Shown here: piece after piece, positions 24,244-36,344 of the stretch | How the letters are laid out: every line of letters starts with the position of its first letter | Position numbering within the stretch: position 1 is the stretch's first letter | Assembly: GCF_018977255.1 (NCBI RefSeq) | Contig: NW_024704742.1 | Span: 104,534,001-104,598,000 of the forward strand | DNA from: Callorhinchus milii | Lineage: Eukaryota | Reading direction: 5' to 3' | Length of the DNA stretch: 64,000 bases | The notes under the pieces: generated by a model | Told to the model about the DNA's origin: nothing | Databases searched by the model: none | What the model saw: the letters and a program-made list of their open reading frames with translations, nothing else | Made by a program: the position numbers and the translations under genes

Positions 24244-26684
24244 GTCTAAATGAAAAAGCAGAAAAGATATTTTTGCCCCCAAAAATGCATCTTGATGCTA
24301 CATTGAAGTGCGGTAAACAATCCAGTTTTACTACCTGTAGAACGTAGAGCTAAATTTGTGAAAAATTACGGCATAATAAAGAGTGGTTGTCCCAAAAGTG
24401 AGTTATGGATAAGGGACAAATTATCACAGTTTGAGGTTACAGTTATGGGTGGCAGCAAGTGGCCTGTCATTACCTAAATAATTGTTAAATGCAGAACAGT
24501 TTAGGCTGATAATTCTGTTGCAACAGATATCCAGCTTTTCAATTGCCTTCACAATACTTGAATGCTGATTATTGCAAGTGAAGGAAAAATCATGTTTTTT
24601 TCTGAGAGAAAACTAAACTGTGTATGGATTTAGCAATTTTGGATGCTAAATATGTACATTAGCAAAATATCATGAACATATTGTTTGAACAATAAATGGC
24701 AGGAAGTCTGTAACAGATAAAGCTTAGAATTCCAAATGAGCAGATATTTTACTGTCTGGTATTCCAGCCCTATAATCTGGCTATACTGTAGGCTATACTG
24801 TAGTAGGAAATGGCATATGACATTTTCCGATAATATCCACAACAGAATCAATGGGTGCTATACCAGCCAAATTTTACACCCAATCTATAGGAATGAAGGC
24901 ACGTGGAAATAAGTGGCAGAAGAATAAGGCAGTGAATTAATTTTGATTTCCTTTTGTTGTTAAGCGAAATATTTATTTTACAGCTGACACAGATGGAATC
25001 TTGCCTTGATCCATGCCAGATATTCAACCAAGGGATTACAAGACATTTGGGACAAAAAATATATTTTGCATCAGGTCGCATTTCACTACCCCTAGCTTTC
25101 ACAGGCAGTATGTCCCATCTTTTGCTAAACAAAACATTGGCTGAAAATGCAAATATCCAAACAAAGAACGTATTCCTGGTAATACGAAAATTAGTTGAGG
25201 TGGAAATCCTATTCATTGAACATAAAACCCTAAAGATCACCTGGATCTCTCAAGTACCATTGTTAAAAATATTTTCTAAAATTATTAAGTGCTCTAAGAC
25301 ACTAGCCCACATGAACAGCGTTATATGAATCAAGTAGTTGTTGTTATTTAAATCTATAAGAGCAGGTTCATCAATAATGCACTTAAATTATGTTTTAATT
25401 GCCACCCTGCAAAGCTACCTCTCCAAGGATAGGAGTGAAATATTTATTTTCAGAATATGACTGCGGGACCACTCCTATAGATTCTTTACCCCAGCACTTT
25501 AAATTTACATTTTGCAGCAAAACCACCATTTCATATATCTAAGTCAGTTCAAGCCATGGAAATATCTTTTGCAACATTTATTTTGCAACTTATCTTTTGC
25601 TATACTAAGAAAATTTCCAAGTCAAATGAACAAAAGTAAGATATTATATCACGTATAAAACATTTGGCATAGATTTAAAATGATGGCTAATAATCCAATT
25701 TGGGATTCAATGGATAAAATAAATCACATAGTTCTGGATTACATGACTGATTCACTGGATTACTGTTCAATTACACATATCCATTGAACATAATGGAATG
25801 TAATATAATTTGTACAGGTTGCATGATGCAACCGTGTATAATTGATTAAACTGCAAAGCATAAAACATGCACAATGATTCATCATTATAATTCAATGATT
25901 TCACACATTTTCTCCATAGACAAGATGTATATCACCAAAGTTCCAAAAATATGTTTCAGTTCATGCAGAAAAACCTTAAAAATAATATTTTACTAGAATG
26001 GTACTTAAAGGCACCTCATTGCTTGAAGTATCTGGTGAGATTCCCTTCTGCACTTTGGAAATACAATACAATCATACCACTCTTGGCATACTGGAATTAG
26101 TAGCAAATTGGTACCACTCTAACGTTTATACATTATAAGCGCCTTGGGACGTCCTCCCGACGTGAAAGGCGCTATACAAATGTAATCTTGTTGTTGTTCT
26201 TATACAATCATCCCAGAACATTAAGGAGGAAACATGGAAACAGAAACGTTCTCTGGTTCAGTGGTAAACTAAGTTAAAATAAATAAAATAGCCTTGACTT
26301 TCAAAACAATACTGAGAAAACAAGCAGAGAAGTGAGAAGGAGGTGGCTGGTTATGCAAAGTTTGACTCCTTGCTCTTGCAATTCTAGAATAGAATAAGCA
26401 GAAAAGTCTGATGAGTTTGGATTTCAATATTTTTGTTGCTCTATACAATATGCAAGGATTATTATTACAGTATTATTGTTATTTACCCTACATGGTGCTC
26501 AGGCGGCCCATTTTCTCAGTTCTGATTAAGCCTGAAAGGATAACATTTTTCTCTTTAGACGTTAATCAACCTGTTGTAGATTTCAAGGACTGTATTTCTG
26601 TTTTTGTTTAACATTTTATGTTTCACTATAGAACAGAAAGAAACATCAAAAAGCATTCTCCCAGTAATAATGTCTTTGCTAGTG

Positions 26685-27018
26685 TAACACTCCAGCGTGA
26701 TGTAATGATCGACAGGACTGCACTGTCAGAGATGCTGTCCTTTGAATGAGAAGTTAAACCGAGATCTTATTTGTTCAAGTGATTGTTAAACAAACCGTGG
26801 CACGATTCAATTAGAGAAAGGAGTTTCTGCCAGTTTCCTCTCCAGCACAATTGGTCATTCACTGCATGGCTGTTGTTGGGGCATTGCTGTGAGCAAATTG
26901 GCTGCAATGTTCACCTACAAATTACACGGTCTAAACTTTACAGTATATCCTATGAAGCACTTTGAGATGTCCTCCAGATGTGAAAGTTGCTATATCAAGT
27001 ACAGGACTATTATTATTA
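26685..27018 (+). mobile_element. Old SacSINE1-like SINE
   Basis: CTGCACTGTCAGAGATGCTGTCCTTTGAATGAGAAGTTAAACC core plus tail. Confidence 0.75.
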
Positions 27019-27477
27019 GGTTTATCATAAGTCCTGTGAGGCACTTTCAGAAGTCTCAAAGAAATGATGAGGCCCTATATCAATTATTAATTTAATGATA
27101 ACAATGTCCCCATTAAACTTTTGAGTCTTGGAATATAGTGATAAGTTCCTCATTCAAATTATTAAGGTTGTAGGAAAGGTCTTAATGCTAGATATAGACT
27201 ATAAAATTAACTCAATGTGAGACAATCACAATATTTTAATTGGAGGGTTAAAGCTAAGGATTCAAGATTGGAGAAGTAACATTTATGACAAGGATAGAGC
27301 AGAAAGGCTGTCTTGGGACAGAGGGCAAGATGAAAGTCAGATTGGAGGCACTAATAAAGGGAGTAATGGGAGAGAAAGTAGTGAAGCTGGGTGGCAAAGG
27401 TTCCAGGAGAGGAAGTACGGATTGGAGTGTTTGGAGAGGTCCAGTGTGGGATTTTTGAGAACAGTCGTAATGGTGGT

Positions 27478-27998
27478 CCATCCATGGTTGCACACTCCAA
27501 CTCACTGAGCCAGTCCGGAACCTTAGCGTCTTGTTTGACACTCAGCTATGCTTTCTACCCCACATCCGTGCCAAGACCTGCTCTGTCTTCCCCCAACTCT
27601 GTAACATTGCTCGGCTCCGTCACTGTCTCACACCGCAGGCCACCGAAACCCTCATACATGCATTCATAACATCCAGGCTTGACTATGCAAACTCCCTGCT
27701 TGTCGGTCTCCCCAACTCCTCCCTCCATCAGCTGCAGATCATCCAGAACCCTGCAGCGCATGTCTTCTCCCGCACCAGGCTCCGTGACCGTATCACCCCC
27801 ATCCTTGACCGACTCCACTGGCTTTCCATCACACTGAGGATACAATTCAAGATCCTGGTCCTCACCTTCAAAGCCCTCCATGGTCTTGCTCCACCCTACC
27901 TCTGCAACCTCCTAAAACCCTACCAACTTGCCCGCACTCTCCTCTCAGCGGGCTCCAGCCTGCTTCACGTCCCCCGCCTCGCCCGCCCCACCATTGGC
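27478..27998 (+). mobile_element. L2 LINE ORF2 fragment
   Basis: [23 protein letters not shown]...LHWL...FKILVLTFKALHGLAP. Confidence 0.92.
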
Positions 27999-28805
27999 AG
28001 GCAAGGCGGGGGACGTGAAGCTGAGAAGCAGCAGCTACATGGAAATGAGGCCAAGGGAGCAGTTTTCATGTACGAGATAAGAGCTTCAGTCACAAAATGA
28101 TTCAATAAAAGATCATACATAGGACCTCTGAAACACTGGAAGGTTGTTTAGGAAAGAACAAAGGATTAGCAAATTATATTTTACTGTAGAAAATGTTGTA
28201 GGGTAAGCTGTAAAATTGACTAGTCAATAGCCACCAACAAAGCAGAAAGCTATAAATTACCATCCACATTTAGATTTTGAGCTGTCATTGAATTTGTGAT
28301 GAAAACTTTAAATTAGAATTAGTTAGGAAAACAATCAGGATTCAAATTTTTATAAAGATTTATTAGATCTCAACTGAAATAAAGCAGCTGGATTGCTCCA
28401 CACGAGTCAAACTCATTGACCCTTTATGGGTCTACTTTGTGACTTGCATAAAGCATGGTAAACAGATGAACTTGATAAAGGTTAAAAGGATAGCAGCAGT
28501 TTGGTCGCGGTTCATTCATTAGTTGTGTTATTGAAATCTGGGAAAGTTTGAGTGGGGAGCTCTATCGAAAAGGTAAGGATAGAAAAGGTAAGGAACAACT
28601 TTACTTTCTTTATGAGTCATGTTACAAGTAAATGCTATTCCTATACCACTATATGCTCCCCTATATAAGTATACGGTTTCCCTATCAATTATACAAAACT
28701 ATTAATATAAATGGCAATACTTTGCTTTTTGCTACAACTGTGCTTTTTAAGCAGATTGTTGTTTCTTCCCTCATGAGAACAATTAGTAAGTAGTATATAT
28801 TCTAT

Positions 28806-29990
28806 ACACAAGTTGCAGATGATCGAAAACTGCAGCCTGCGTCCTTTCCCGCATCAGGCTCTGTGATCCTATAATTCTCGCTCGGCTCTATTGGCTCCCT
28901 GTCCCACAAACAATTGAGTTCAAGATCCTCATTTTCGCTGTAAATCCCTGCACAGTCCCAGTGGGTGCCTGGCCTTCCCCCATAACAATAACTACTTTCA
29001 TTTATTTTGCACCATTTATATGAGTTAGCCTTGGAGCGCTTAACAGCAGTGCAGTTTGACATCAGGCTGGAAAGAGGGGAGGTGACAAAGACAGGGTCGA
29101 GAGGAAAATCTTCAGGTGCGATTTGAAAACGCAGGCTGGAGGGATTGAGGCAGAGAGTTCCAGAGATTCAGAGCATGGTGGCTGAAAGCATGCCTGTCAA
29201 CAGTAGAGTGGATGGAATGAAGGATGTGCAGAAGGCCTGAGCTACCTGAGTGAAGGTGGTGGGAGGTGGAGTGGGATGTGAGCTAAGCAGAGTGGTGGGA
29301 AGGTGCCAGGCCATAAATTGATTTGAAAGTGAGAGTAAGAATCTTGAAATCAATCCGTTCTGCAACAGGGAGCCAGTGAAGACTGCAAGAACTGGAGTGA
29401 TGCGGGTGCGAAGCCTGGTGGCAAAATTTTGCATCATTTAAACCTTGCTTACAGTAGAGCTGGGGAAACTAGCAAAGAGGCCTTGGAAAAATCAAAAATC
29501 AACGAAAGCGTGAATGAGGGTTTCAGCAGCATTTGAAATAAGATATAGTCGAAGATGGGCAATGTGGCGGGTGGAGGTGAAGGAATGCAGTCCTACTCAG
29601 GGACTGGAGGTGAGGTAGGAAGCATAAGTGGGAATCCAACTTGATGCTACAGTTGCGTACAGATTTGGTGAGTCTGAGGGATGAATAGGGAAAGTTAATG
29701 AGTTTAGAACTGCAGGTGGCCAAAGAGGATGGCTTGGGTCTTGTCCAGGCATAGACCCAGAAAGTTGGAGCCAATAGAGCTGAGCGAGGATGGCCGCTCC
29801 CTTCTGCGAGCTTCAGCGTACTTTGTCGCCTGCCCTATCCTCCCACCACCATCTACAGGTGAGCTTTTAGTCTTTTAGCACCCAATCTCTGAAATTTCAT
29901 CCTGGAGTCTCAACAACTTCCTCCCTGCCTCATCTTGTTCAAGGTCAGTTTCAAGAGACTCACCTCATTGACAGTGCTTACAATCATCTT
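28806..29990. mobile_element. Cluster of old L2 fragments (+ 28806-28935; - 29030-29745; + 29820-29990)
   Basis: Degenerate L2 ORF2 peptide traces in both orientations. Confidence 0.7.
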
Positions 29991-30713
29991 TCCTCTCAAT
30001 GAGAATTGAACTCTTCAAAATTGGTAAGTTTCACATAAAAATGATTTGCTCTTTCCCTATTTCCTAAATGGACAGAAAATGGTGCATAGTGATTCAAAAC
30101 ACTGCTAAGTGAAAAGTTCAACCAAGTTCCTAATGTCTCAAATCCAAAGCGTAAAACCTTCAATAATTAAGTGCTAGATGGCATGAGTATGACTGTTATG
30201 GAGAGTAGAAATGTCAGTTACTCTAATCCATCTGTTTTGACCAGTCACTTTTGATCAGGTCAAACTTCAATAAGGCTCTTTTCATTGACTAAAAAAAAGT
30301 TCTTAATAAATTTGCAGCAACTAAATATCCTGATTTCATTTATAATAATCCTTGCATTCGATACACATCTTGTCACATCAAAATGTCTCAAAGCACCTCA
30401 CGGAGTTTTACCTCAATGGAACTGTAGTGACTTTGTACTTGTAGATGAACACAGCACCAATTTGCAGACAGTAATGCCCCCAAACAGGAAGGATTATTGA
30501 CTCTACTACCCTTTTGTTAAAACTGTAAAATCAATCCAATGAAATGAAGAATTAAAGGATCTGCCTGAGAATTAGGCTACAAGCCCAACTCAGGATGAAA
30601 TATTAGTTAAAAAATATAAATATCAATTGCAAGATGTACATGAAATGTATTTTTAGAAAAATATTTGATTCATTTTTGATACATCAACCTGGCATGTACA
30701 ATGATATATACAC

Positions 30714-30779
30714 CCACAAAATACCAGTCACAACACTTCACAGAGTATACTGTGAAGTGTTGTGACTGGTATTTTGTGG
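30714..30779. repeat. Perfect 30-bp palindrome with 6-nt loop
   Basis: CCACAAAATACCAGTCACAACACTTCACAG-agtata-exact reverse complement. Confidence 0.95.
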
Positions 30780-30804
30780 ATATTTTGGTGACGCGGTAAG
30801 GCAC

Positions 30805-31420
30805 TGCTCTCCCTCAGGCTGCTGAGATGCTCACCACATACTCTTCACATCTAGGCTCGACTACGCTAACTCCCTGCTTGTCGGCCTTCCCAACTCTTCC
30901 CTCCACAAGCTACAGATCATTCAGAACTCTGCACCTCATGTCCTCTCCCGCACCAAGCTCCATGACCCTATCATTCCCATTCTCGCCTGGCTCCACTGAT
31001 TCCCCATCCCCTAGAGGATAGAGTTCAAAATCCTCGTCCTTGCCTTTAAAGCCCTCCACGGACTTGCTCCTCCTCATCTCTGTGACCTGCTGACTCCATA
31101 TAGATCTGTCTGCTCACTCTGCTTAGTGGGCTCCTGCCTGCTCCATGTGCCCCCCCAGGCCCAGCCCCACTATTGGCGGTCGGACCTTTAGCCTCCACAC
31201 TTTGGAACTCCATCCCACAGTCCCTTTGACTCGCTCCCTCCATTGCCTCCTTAAAGGCACGTCTGAAGATCATCCTCTTCGACCGCATCTTTGGTCACCT
31301 TCCTACTCTTTCTCTCCCTGCCCTCCATCCCTCCTGATCCCATCCCAGCTCGGGTCCAAATAACTGACTGTCCAGCCAATGTGAAAGGTGCTATACAGAT
31401 GTAATTTGTTGTTGTTGTTG
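30805..31420 (+). mobile_element. L2 LINE 3' fragment
   Basis: [14 protein letters not shown] trace, PTIGGRTFS, (TGT)n tail. Confidence 0.88.
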
Positions 31421-32929
31421 TATTAAATGCAAGCAACACATTAAATCTCAAGACCTTTTGAAAAAAATATCCAGGTTGTGCATTAATCTAGAGACAAAAT
31501 ATCTTTTTGAAAATAAAGGTATAATATAGTTAAATTATAACAAAATTCTGGTAGAATAAAATATTGTGGAGCACTGAGTATGAAAGTTAATACAGGAGAA
31601 CTCACATAAGTCAAGCAACCCTTTCCACTTTTGCGGATGTTACTACCCCCGTCCCCCAGTTCAGTTGCCACACTCCTGGTGATTGCAATGGTTTTCTTTC
31701 CCTAAACTAGTTCTGTGATATCACCTCGTTTCCCCCAACAATCAAGGCCGCATGCGCAAAAAAACGACATTTCCTGCGATTGAATGCATCTTGACTCGAT
31801 GCTGCATGTGCACTTACCGGCAAGCATTCAAACTGCATCCAATCGAGGGAAATTAAGTTCTTTTGCTCGTGCATTGACAGATCAAGATTATGTTTCCTGC
31901 AATTCAAAGCAGCCGGTTGGTAAGTGCGCATACGTTAACGACATAATTTCTCATGATTTAAAGCAAACAGTAAAGTCCAGGAGTAATGGAGGGTAGGGGA
32001 ACAGTGTTATGAGTTAGGAGGTGATTGATACGAGTAGTACAAGAAATCTAAGTGGTTTTGATAGAAAACCGAATGGGACTCGGTTGAATGTATGACTTAG
32101 GCGATTATACAATTGATAAAGATAAGACTGATACAAGTTTTGTTGTATTTAAAATTACATCTCATAAACTAACTCCAGAATTTCTATTAACATACAGTAC
32201 TTGCCTTTTGCTAAAAATGCCTTTTAGGATAACAATATTCCCTAAGAATTTAATTACTCAGGAAGTAAAACATAGCAGAGCAGAGCAGAATACAAATTAA
32301 GGACTTTGTATTGATTGGCAAGTGATGCCATCAAAACATGTTTCAAGTATCAGCTAAGAATTAAACTCGGGTACAATTTACTGGCAGTTTTACAATTGCT
32401 TGGAGGAGAATGAATGCAGTTAGTACAGTATTTGATGTACACTCTGTGGTTAGAGCTTTGCACTCAGCTTGGCACTTTTCGAAGCTAATGTGCTATTTTC
32501 ACATTCTCAGACAAAACTCTTGAATGTGACTGGCTGGCAAGGACCTCATGGAGGCGGGTTTCATTTTACCATTTCCTGTAACTTAATAAAGAGTGAGCAT
32601 GCACGGATAGAAAGTTAGAGTGGACAACAGAACCAACATTCTTGAATAACTAATTATCATATAACCATGAATAATGTGCAGTGAACATTTTTTAAATGTT
32701 GTAAACTTTTGTTACTACATGGATAATGTAGGCATTGATACCATTAGGAATTATCTGAACCAGTATAGAACAATTATTAGTAGTGCTAGCTTGAACAGTA
32801 ATATAATCCTGGTACAAAGAAAAATTTGCATTAATCACCTACTATTATCCATGTCTCCCCAACTTGTCATCTTAAAACCTACTTGGGTTTTAAACTGGAT
32901 TGAAAAAGTAAACCCAGATCTTTACTAAG

Positions 32930-33160
32930 ACAGAACAAGAGGATCTCGGTTTCTGTTGATATAGGTTTAGAGTTGTAAAGGGCAATTGTAGAACAGACAC
33001 CAGGAAGCTTATTTCTTCAGAGGGTAATTAACACATGGAACAGGTTGCCAGGAAAAGTGGTTGAGGCCAGGACACTGGGGCAATTTTAAAGGGTGGGTAT
33101 TCTAGAAGGTGAGATCAGATAGACTAAACAGCCATTCTCATACAAACCAATCTTGTGATC
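32930..33160 (+). mobile_element. CR1-type LINE 3' fragment
   Basis: QRVINTWNRLPGKVVEA trace; similar to 59370-59590. Confidence 0.75.
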
Positions 33161-33384
33161 TTCCGTCAGTTTGGCTCAGTTGCCTCAGACACATTGCGCA
33201 CATTACAACAAGATTACATTTGTATAACGCCTTTTACGTCAGGAGGATGTCCCATTACAGCAACAACAAGATTACATTTGTATAGAGCCTTTCACTTCAA
33301 GAGGACGTCCCATTAATGCTCCACAAACATCCATGAAGTGAATGATCAATTTTTTCTAGGTAAATTTTGGCTAGGGCAATGGGA

Positions 33385-33795
33385 GAAATGCTTCTCTCGT
33401 ACCTCTCACTCTGAATTAAAAGACTGTGGGTTCGAGACCCACATCAGGAACTGACATAGTTTAAGTTGACAATCTAATGCAGTGCTGGGGGTTGTGCCTG
33501 CATCGCTAGAGGTGCTTTCAGATGGGACATTAAGCTGAGATCCCATCTGCCATTTCAGGAGAATGATAAAGATCCCATGGCACTACTCAAAATGATAAGG
33601 GAATTTCTTCCAGTGTCCTGGTCAATAAATTCTAAGATAAAATTAATCATTCACTTTATGGCTATTTGTAGGATACTGCTGCACTCAAATTGGCTGCCAG
33701 AGTCACCTACAAATATACGCTTTACAATAAATCCTGTGAAGGTTTTTGAAATATCCTCGTGTGAAAGACGCTGTATCAAATGAAAGTATTACCAT
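33385..33795 (+). mobile_element. Old SacSINE1-like SINE
   Basis: GTGGGTTCGAGACCCAC B-box region, core AAAGATCCCATGGCACTA, tail. Confidence 0.75.
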
Positions 33796-34057
33796 TACTA
33801 AATTTGTATCTGCAGTAGATCCCCCGCCCACCACTTGCATCTTTTGGGCAAATGATTTTTTTTCTAGACTCTTCATCCCCTCCCCTCTAGTATCTGTTTT
33901 TGCAAGTTTCATTAACAGCTTAGCCAGGAATTAATGATACCTTACTTTGGCAAAAGGAAATAATAAAGTGACCAGCAGCACTGAAACACAAGCCCAAGAT
34001 CATCTGGTTGTTTTGTTTTTCTCTCCTAATACTTTTGTAGAGGTTTCAGTATCTTTG

Positions 34058-34381
34058 TGGAGTCCTGTAGCTCAGTGGTTAGAGCACTCACCTTGCAAGC
34101 GAGACACCTGGGTTCGATTCCAGGCAGAGGGCGAAACCCTGGGCAAGTTTCCTTACTCCACACAGAGCCTAATAATAATCCCTCCAAAACCAAAAACAAT
34201 AATAAATTGGTCATTTCAATCCACGACTGTTTGTGGGACACTGCTGTGCGCAATTGGCTGCCGCATTTCGCCCACAAAATATAGTCAATTCACTTTACAG
34301 TCTATTCTGTGAAGCGCTTTGAGACACCTATAAGATGTGAAAAGCGCTAAATCAAATGTAAGGATTATTATTATTATTATT
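34058..34381 (+). mobile_element. Young tRNA-derived SINE (full length)
   Basis: A box TAGCTCAGTGG, B box GGTTCGATTCC, body, tail, (ATT)n. Confidence 0.94.
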
Positions 34382-35314
34382 TTAAAAAATTGTTATTAGT
34401 CAATCTTAGTGACAATGTAATATATACAGTAACTACTGCAATATTCTGGCAGCAATACACCAGACAACAAAATGAATAGTGATCTGGCAAGAACGATCAG
34501 TATCTGCACATTTGATTATAATGTATAATAATATTTACAACAATAAAAAAATATTTTAATAAAGGTTTCCTTAAAGCAACTGATTGGTTTATTTCTAGTT
34601 TCTCAAAACTGATAACACTGGGAGAAAGATAAATGGACCACCACATGCAACCACTGATCAAATTTAAGAACCTGGTTTCAAAAAGATGATTGATCCAGTA
34701 AACAAATTTAGGTCGATAACAGACACAATTAGTGAATCAGGAGCTGCCACAAGAGAATAATGGACAAAACATACAGATGACTCTTCACCCCACTCTTCCA
34801 ACTTATCCCTGGTTCACTGTGAAAATAAAATGGTTTAAATCCTCTCTCAATTGTTACAATAAACCTGTTCATGTGCACTTTTTAACCAGTTTATTCCCAG
34901 TATTTGCGCTTCCACTGAAGCCCATAACGTTTATTGTAGTATTATCTAAATATATATATACACACACATACATACACACACAATTTTGATTATTATCTCA
35001 ATCAATTTTACTAGAAAAGCTCTCGAGTGGGGGGGGAGGAGGGGGGACTGGGTTTAACACACAAAGCAACAATTCAGTGCCTTGATATGGTTCAGATGTA
35101 CTGGAGAGGTCCTTTTCAGATTGAAACACACACACACTCTCTCTTTTGGAAACCATGAGTGTTGGGAGAGAGATGTTCAGCCGAGGCTCCCCCTTCCCCC
35201 TGGTGATAAATACATCCTCTGACAGGCAGCAGGTTTTTGGTTTGGCACATAACACAAACCCAACAGGATTTCCCCTCAGTGTTAACAGCAAATAACTGTC
35301 CACAATACAGTCCA

Positions 35315-36063
35315 CATGACAGCCCAGAGCATCCCAGGACATGACAGCCCAGGACAGCCCAGGACATGACAGCCCAGGACAGCCCAGGACATGACAGCCC
35401 AGAGCATCCCAGGACATGACAGCCCAGGACAGCCCAGGACATGACAGCCCAGGACATGACAGCCCAGGACAGGGCAGGACAGCCCAGGGCAGGGCAGGAC
35501 ATGACATCCCAGGGCAAGGGCAGGACAGCCCAGGGCAGGGCAGGACATGACATCCCAGGGCAAGGGCAGGACAGCCCAGGGCAGCCCAGGACATGACAGC
35601 CCAGGACAGCCCAGGACATGACAGCCCAGGACAGGGCAGGACAGCCCAGGACAGGGCAGGACAGCCCAGGACAGGGCAGGACAGCCCAGGGCAGCCCAGG
35701 ACATGACAGCCCAGGACAGCCCAGGATATGACAGCCCAGGGCAGGGCAGGATAGCCCAGGGCAGGGCAGGGTAGCCCAGGGCAGGGCAGGATAGCCCAGG
35801 GCAGGGCAAGACATGACATCCCAGGGCAGGATAGCCCAGGGCAGGGCAGGGCAGCCCAGGGCAGGACAGCCCAGCCCAGGGCAGGGCAGGACAGGACAGC
35901 CCAGGGCAGGGCAGGGCAGGACAGCCCAGGGCAGGACAGCCCAGCCCAGGGCAGGGCAGGACAGGACAGCCCAGGGCAGGGCAGGGCAGGGCAGGACAGG
36001 GCAGGGCAGGGCAGGGCAGGACATGACAGCCCAGGGCAGGGCAGGATAGGGCAGGGCAGGAGG
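35315..36063. repeat. Pentamer-based minisatellite (ACAGC/CCAGG/ACATG/GCAGG modules)
   Basis: About 750 bp of permuted 5-mers, 155 bp inside CAMK4 intron 1. Confidence 0.95.
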
Positions 36064-36217
36064 GGGGTTTGCTCACACAGGAAGCTGGAGGTGTTCCCGG
36101 TGTCCTGCCCTGGATGGGGGGCTCGTGGAGGTGGGACACGAGGGCAAACGTCCAGTGGCTCTCGGGGCTGTGACTGACCGACATGTGCCTCAAAGTGAAA
36201 ATGAGCCGCAGACTCAC

Positions 36218-36336
36218 CGTCCCAACTCCGCTTCCAGATCGTAGTGATCCTCAAAAGCGCTGGATTTGTGCGAGTCGTCGATCCAGTATTCACAGGAGAG
36301 AGCTCGGCCCGGGGGCTTGGGGGTCTTCAACATCAT
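36218..36336 (-). CDS. CAMK4: CAMK4 (Ca2+/calmodulin-dependent kinase IV) first coding exon
   Basis: MMLKTPKPPGRALSCEYWIDDSHKSSAFEDHYDLEAELG(R) versus human MLK...DYWIDGSNRDALSDFFEVESELGR. Consensus donor CG|GTGAGT inside the R codon. In-frame TGA upstream at 36361-36363. GC/CpG-rich context. Downstream of WDR36 on the same strand, as in human. Confidence 0.9.
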
Positions 36337-36344
36337 CCCCCCGC

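Larger units (their letters stand above)
1..36217 (-). other. CAMK4: CAMK4 intron 1 (exon 2 not found in window)
   Basis: No exon encoding the expected GATSIVYRC...LKKT segment found by eye; region is repeat-rich. Confidence 0.7.

Noticed and set aside
34058..34135. tRNA-Ala gene
   Set aside because: It is the head of a SINE repeated many times in the window, continuous with SINE body and tail.
34998..36293. 431-aa Cys/Pro/Trp-rich ORF and overlapping ORFs
   Set aside because: Stop-free frames produced by the pentamer minisatellite. It overlaps CAMK4 exon 1 out of frame and runs through the donor.
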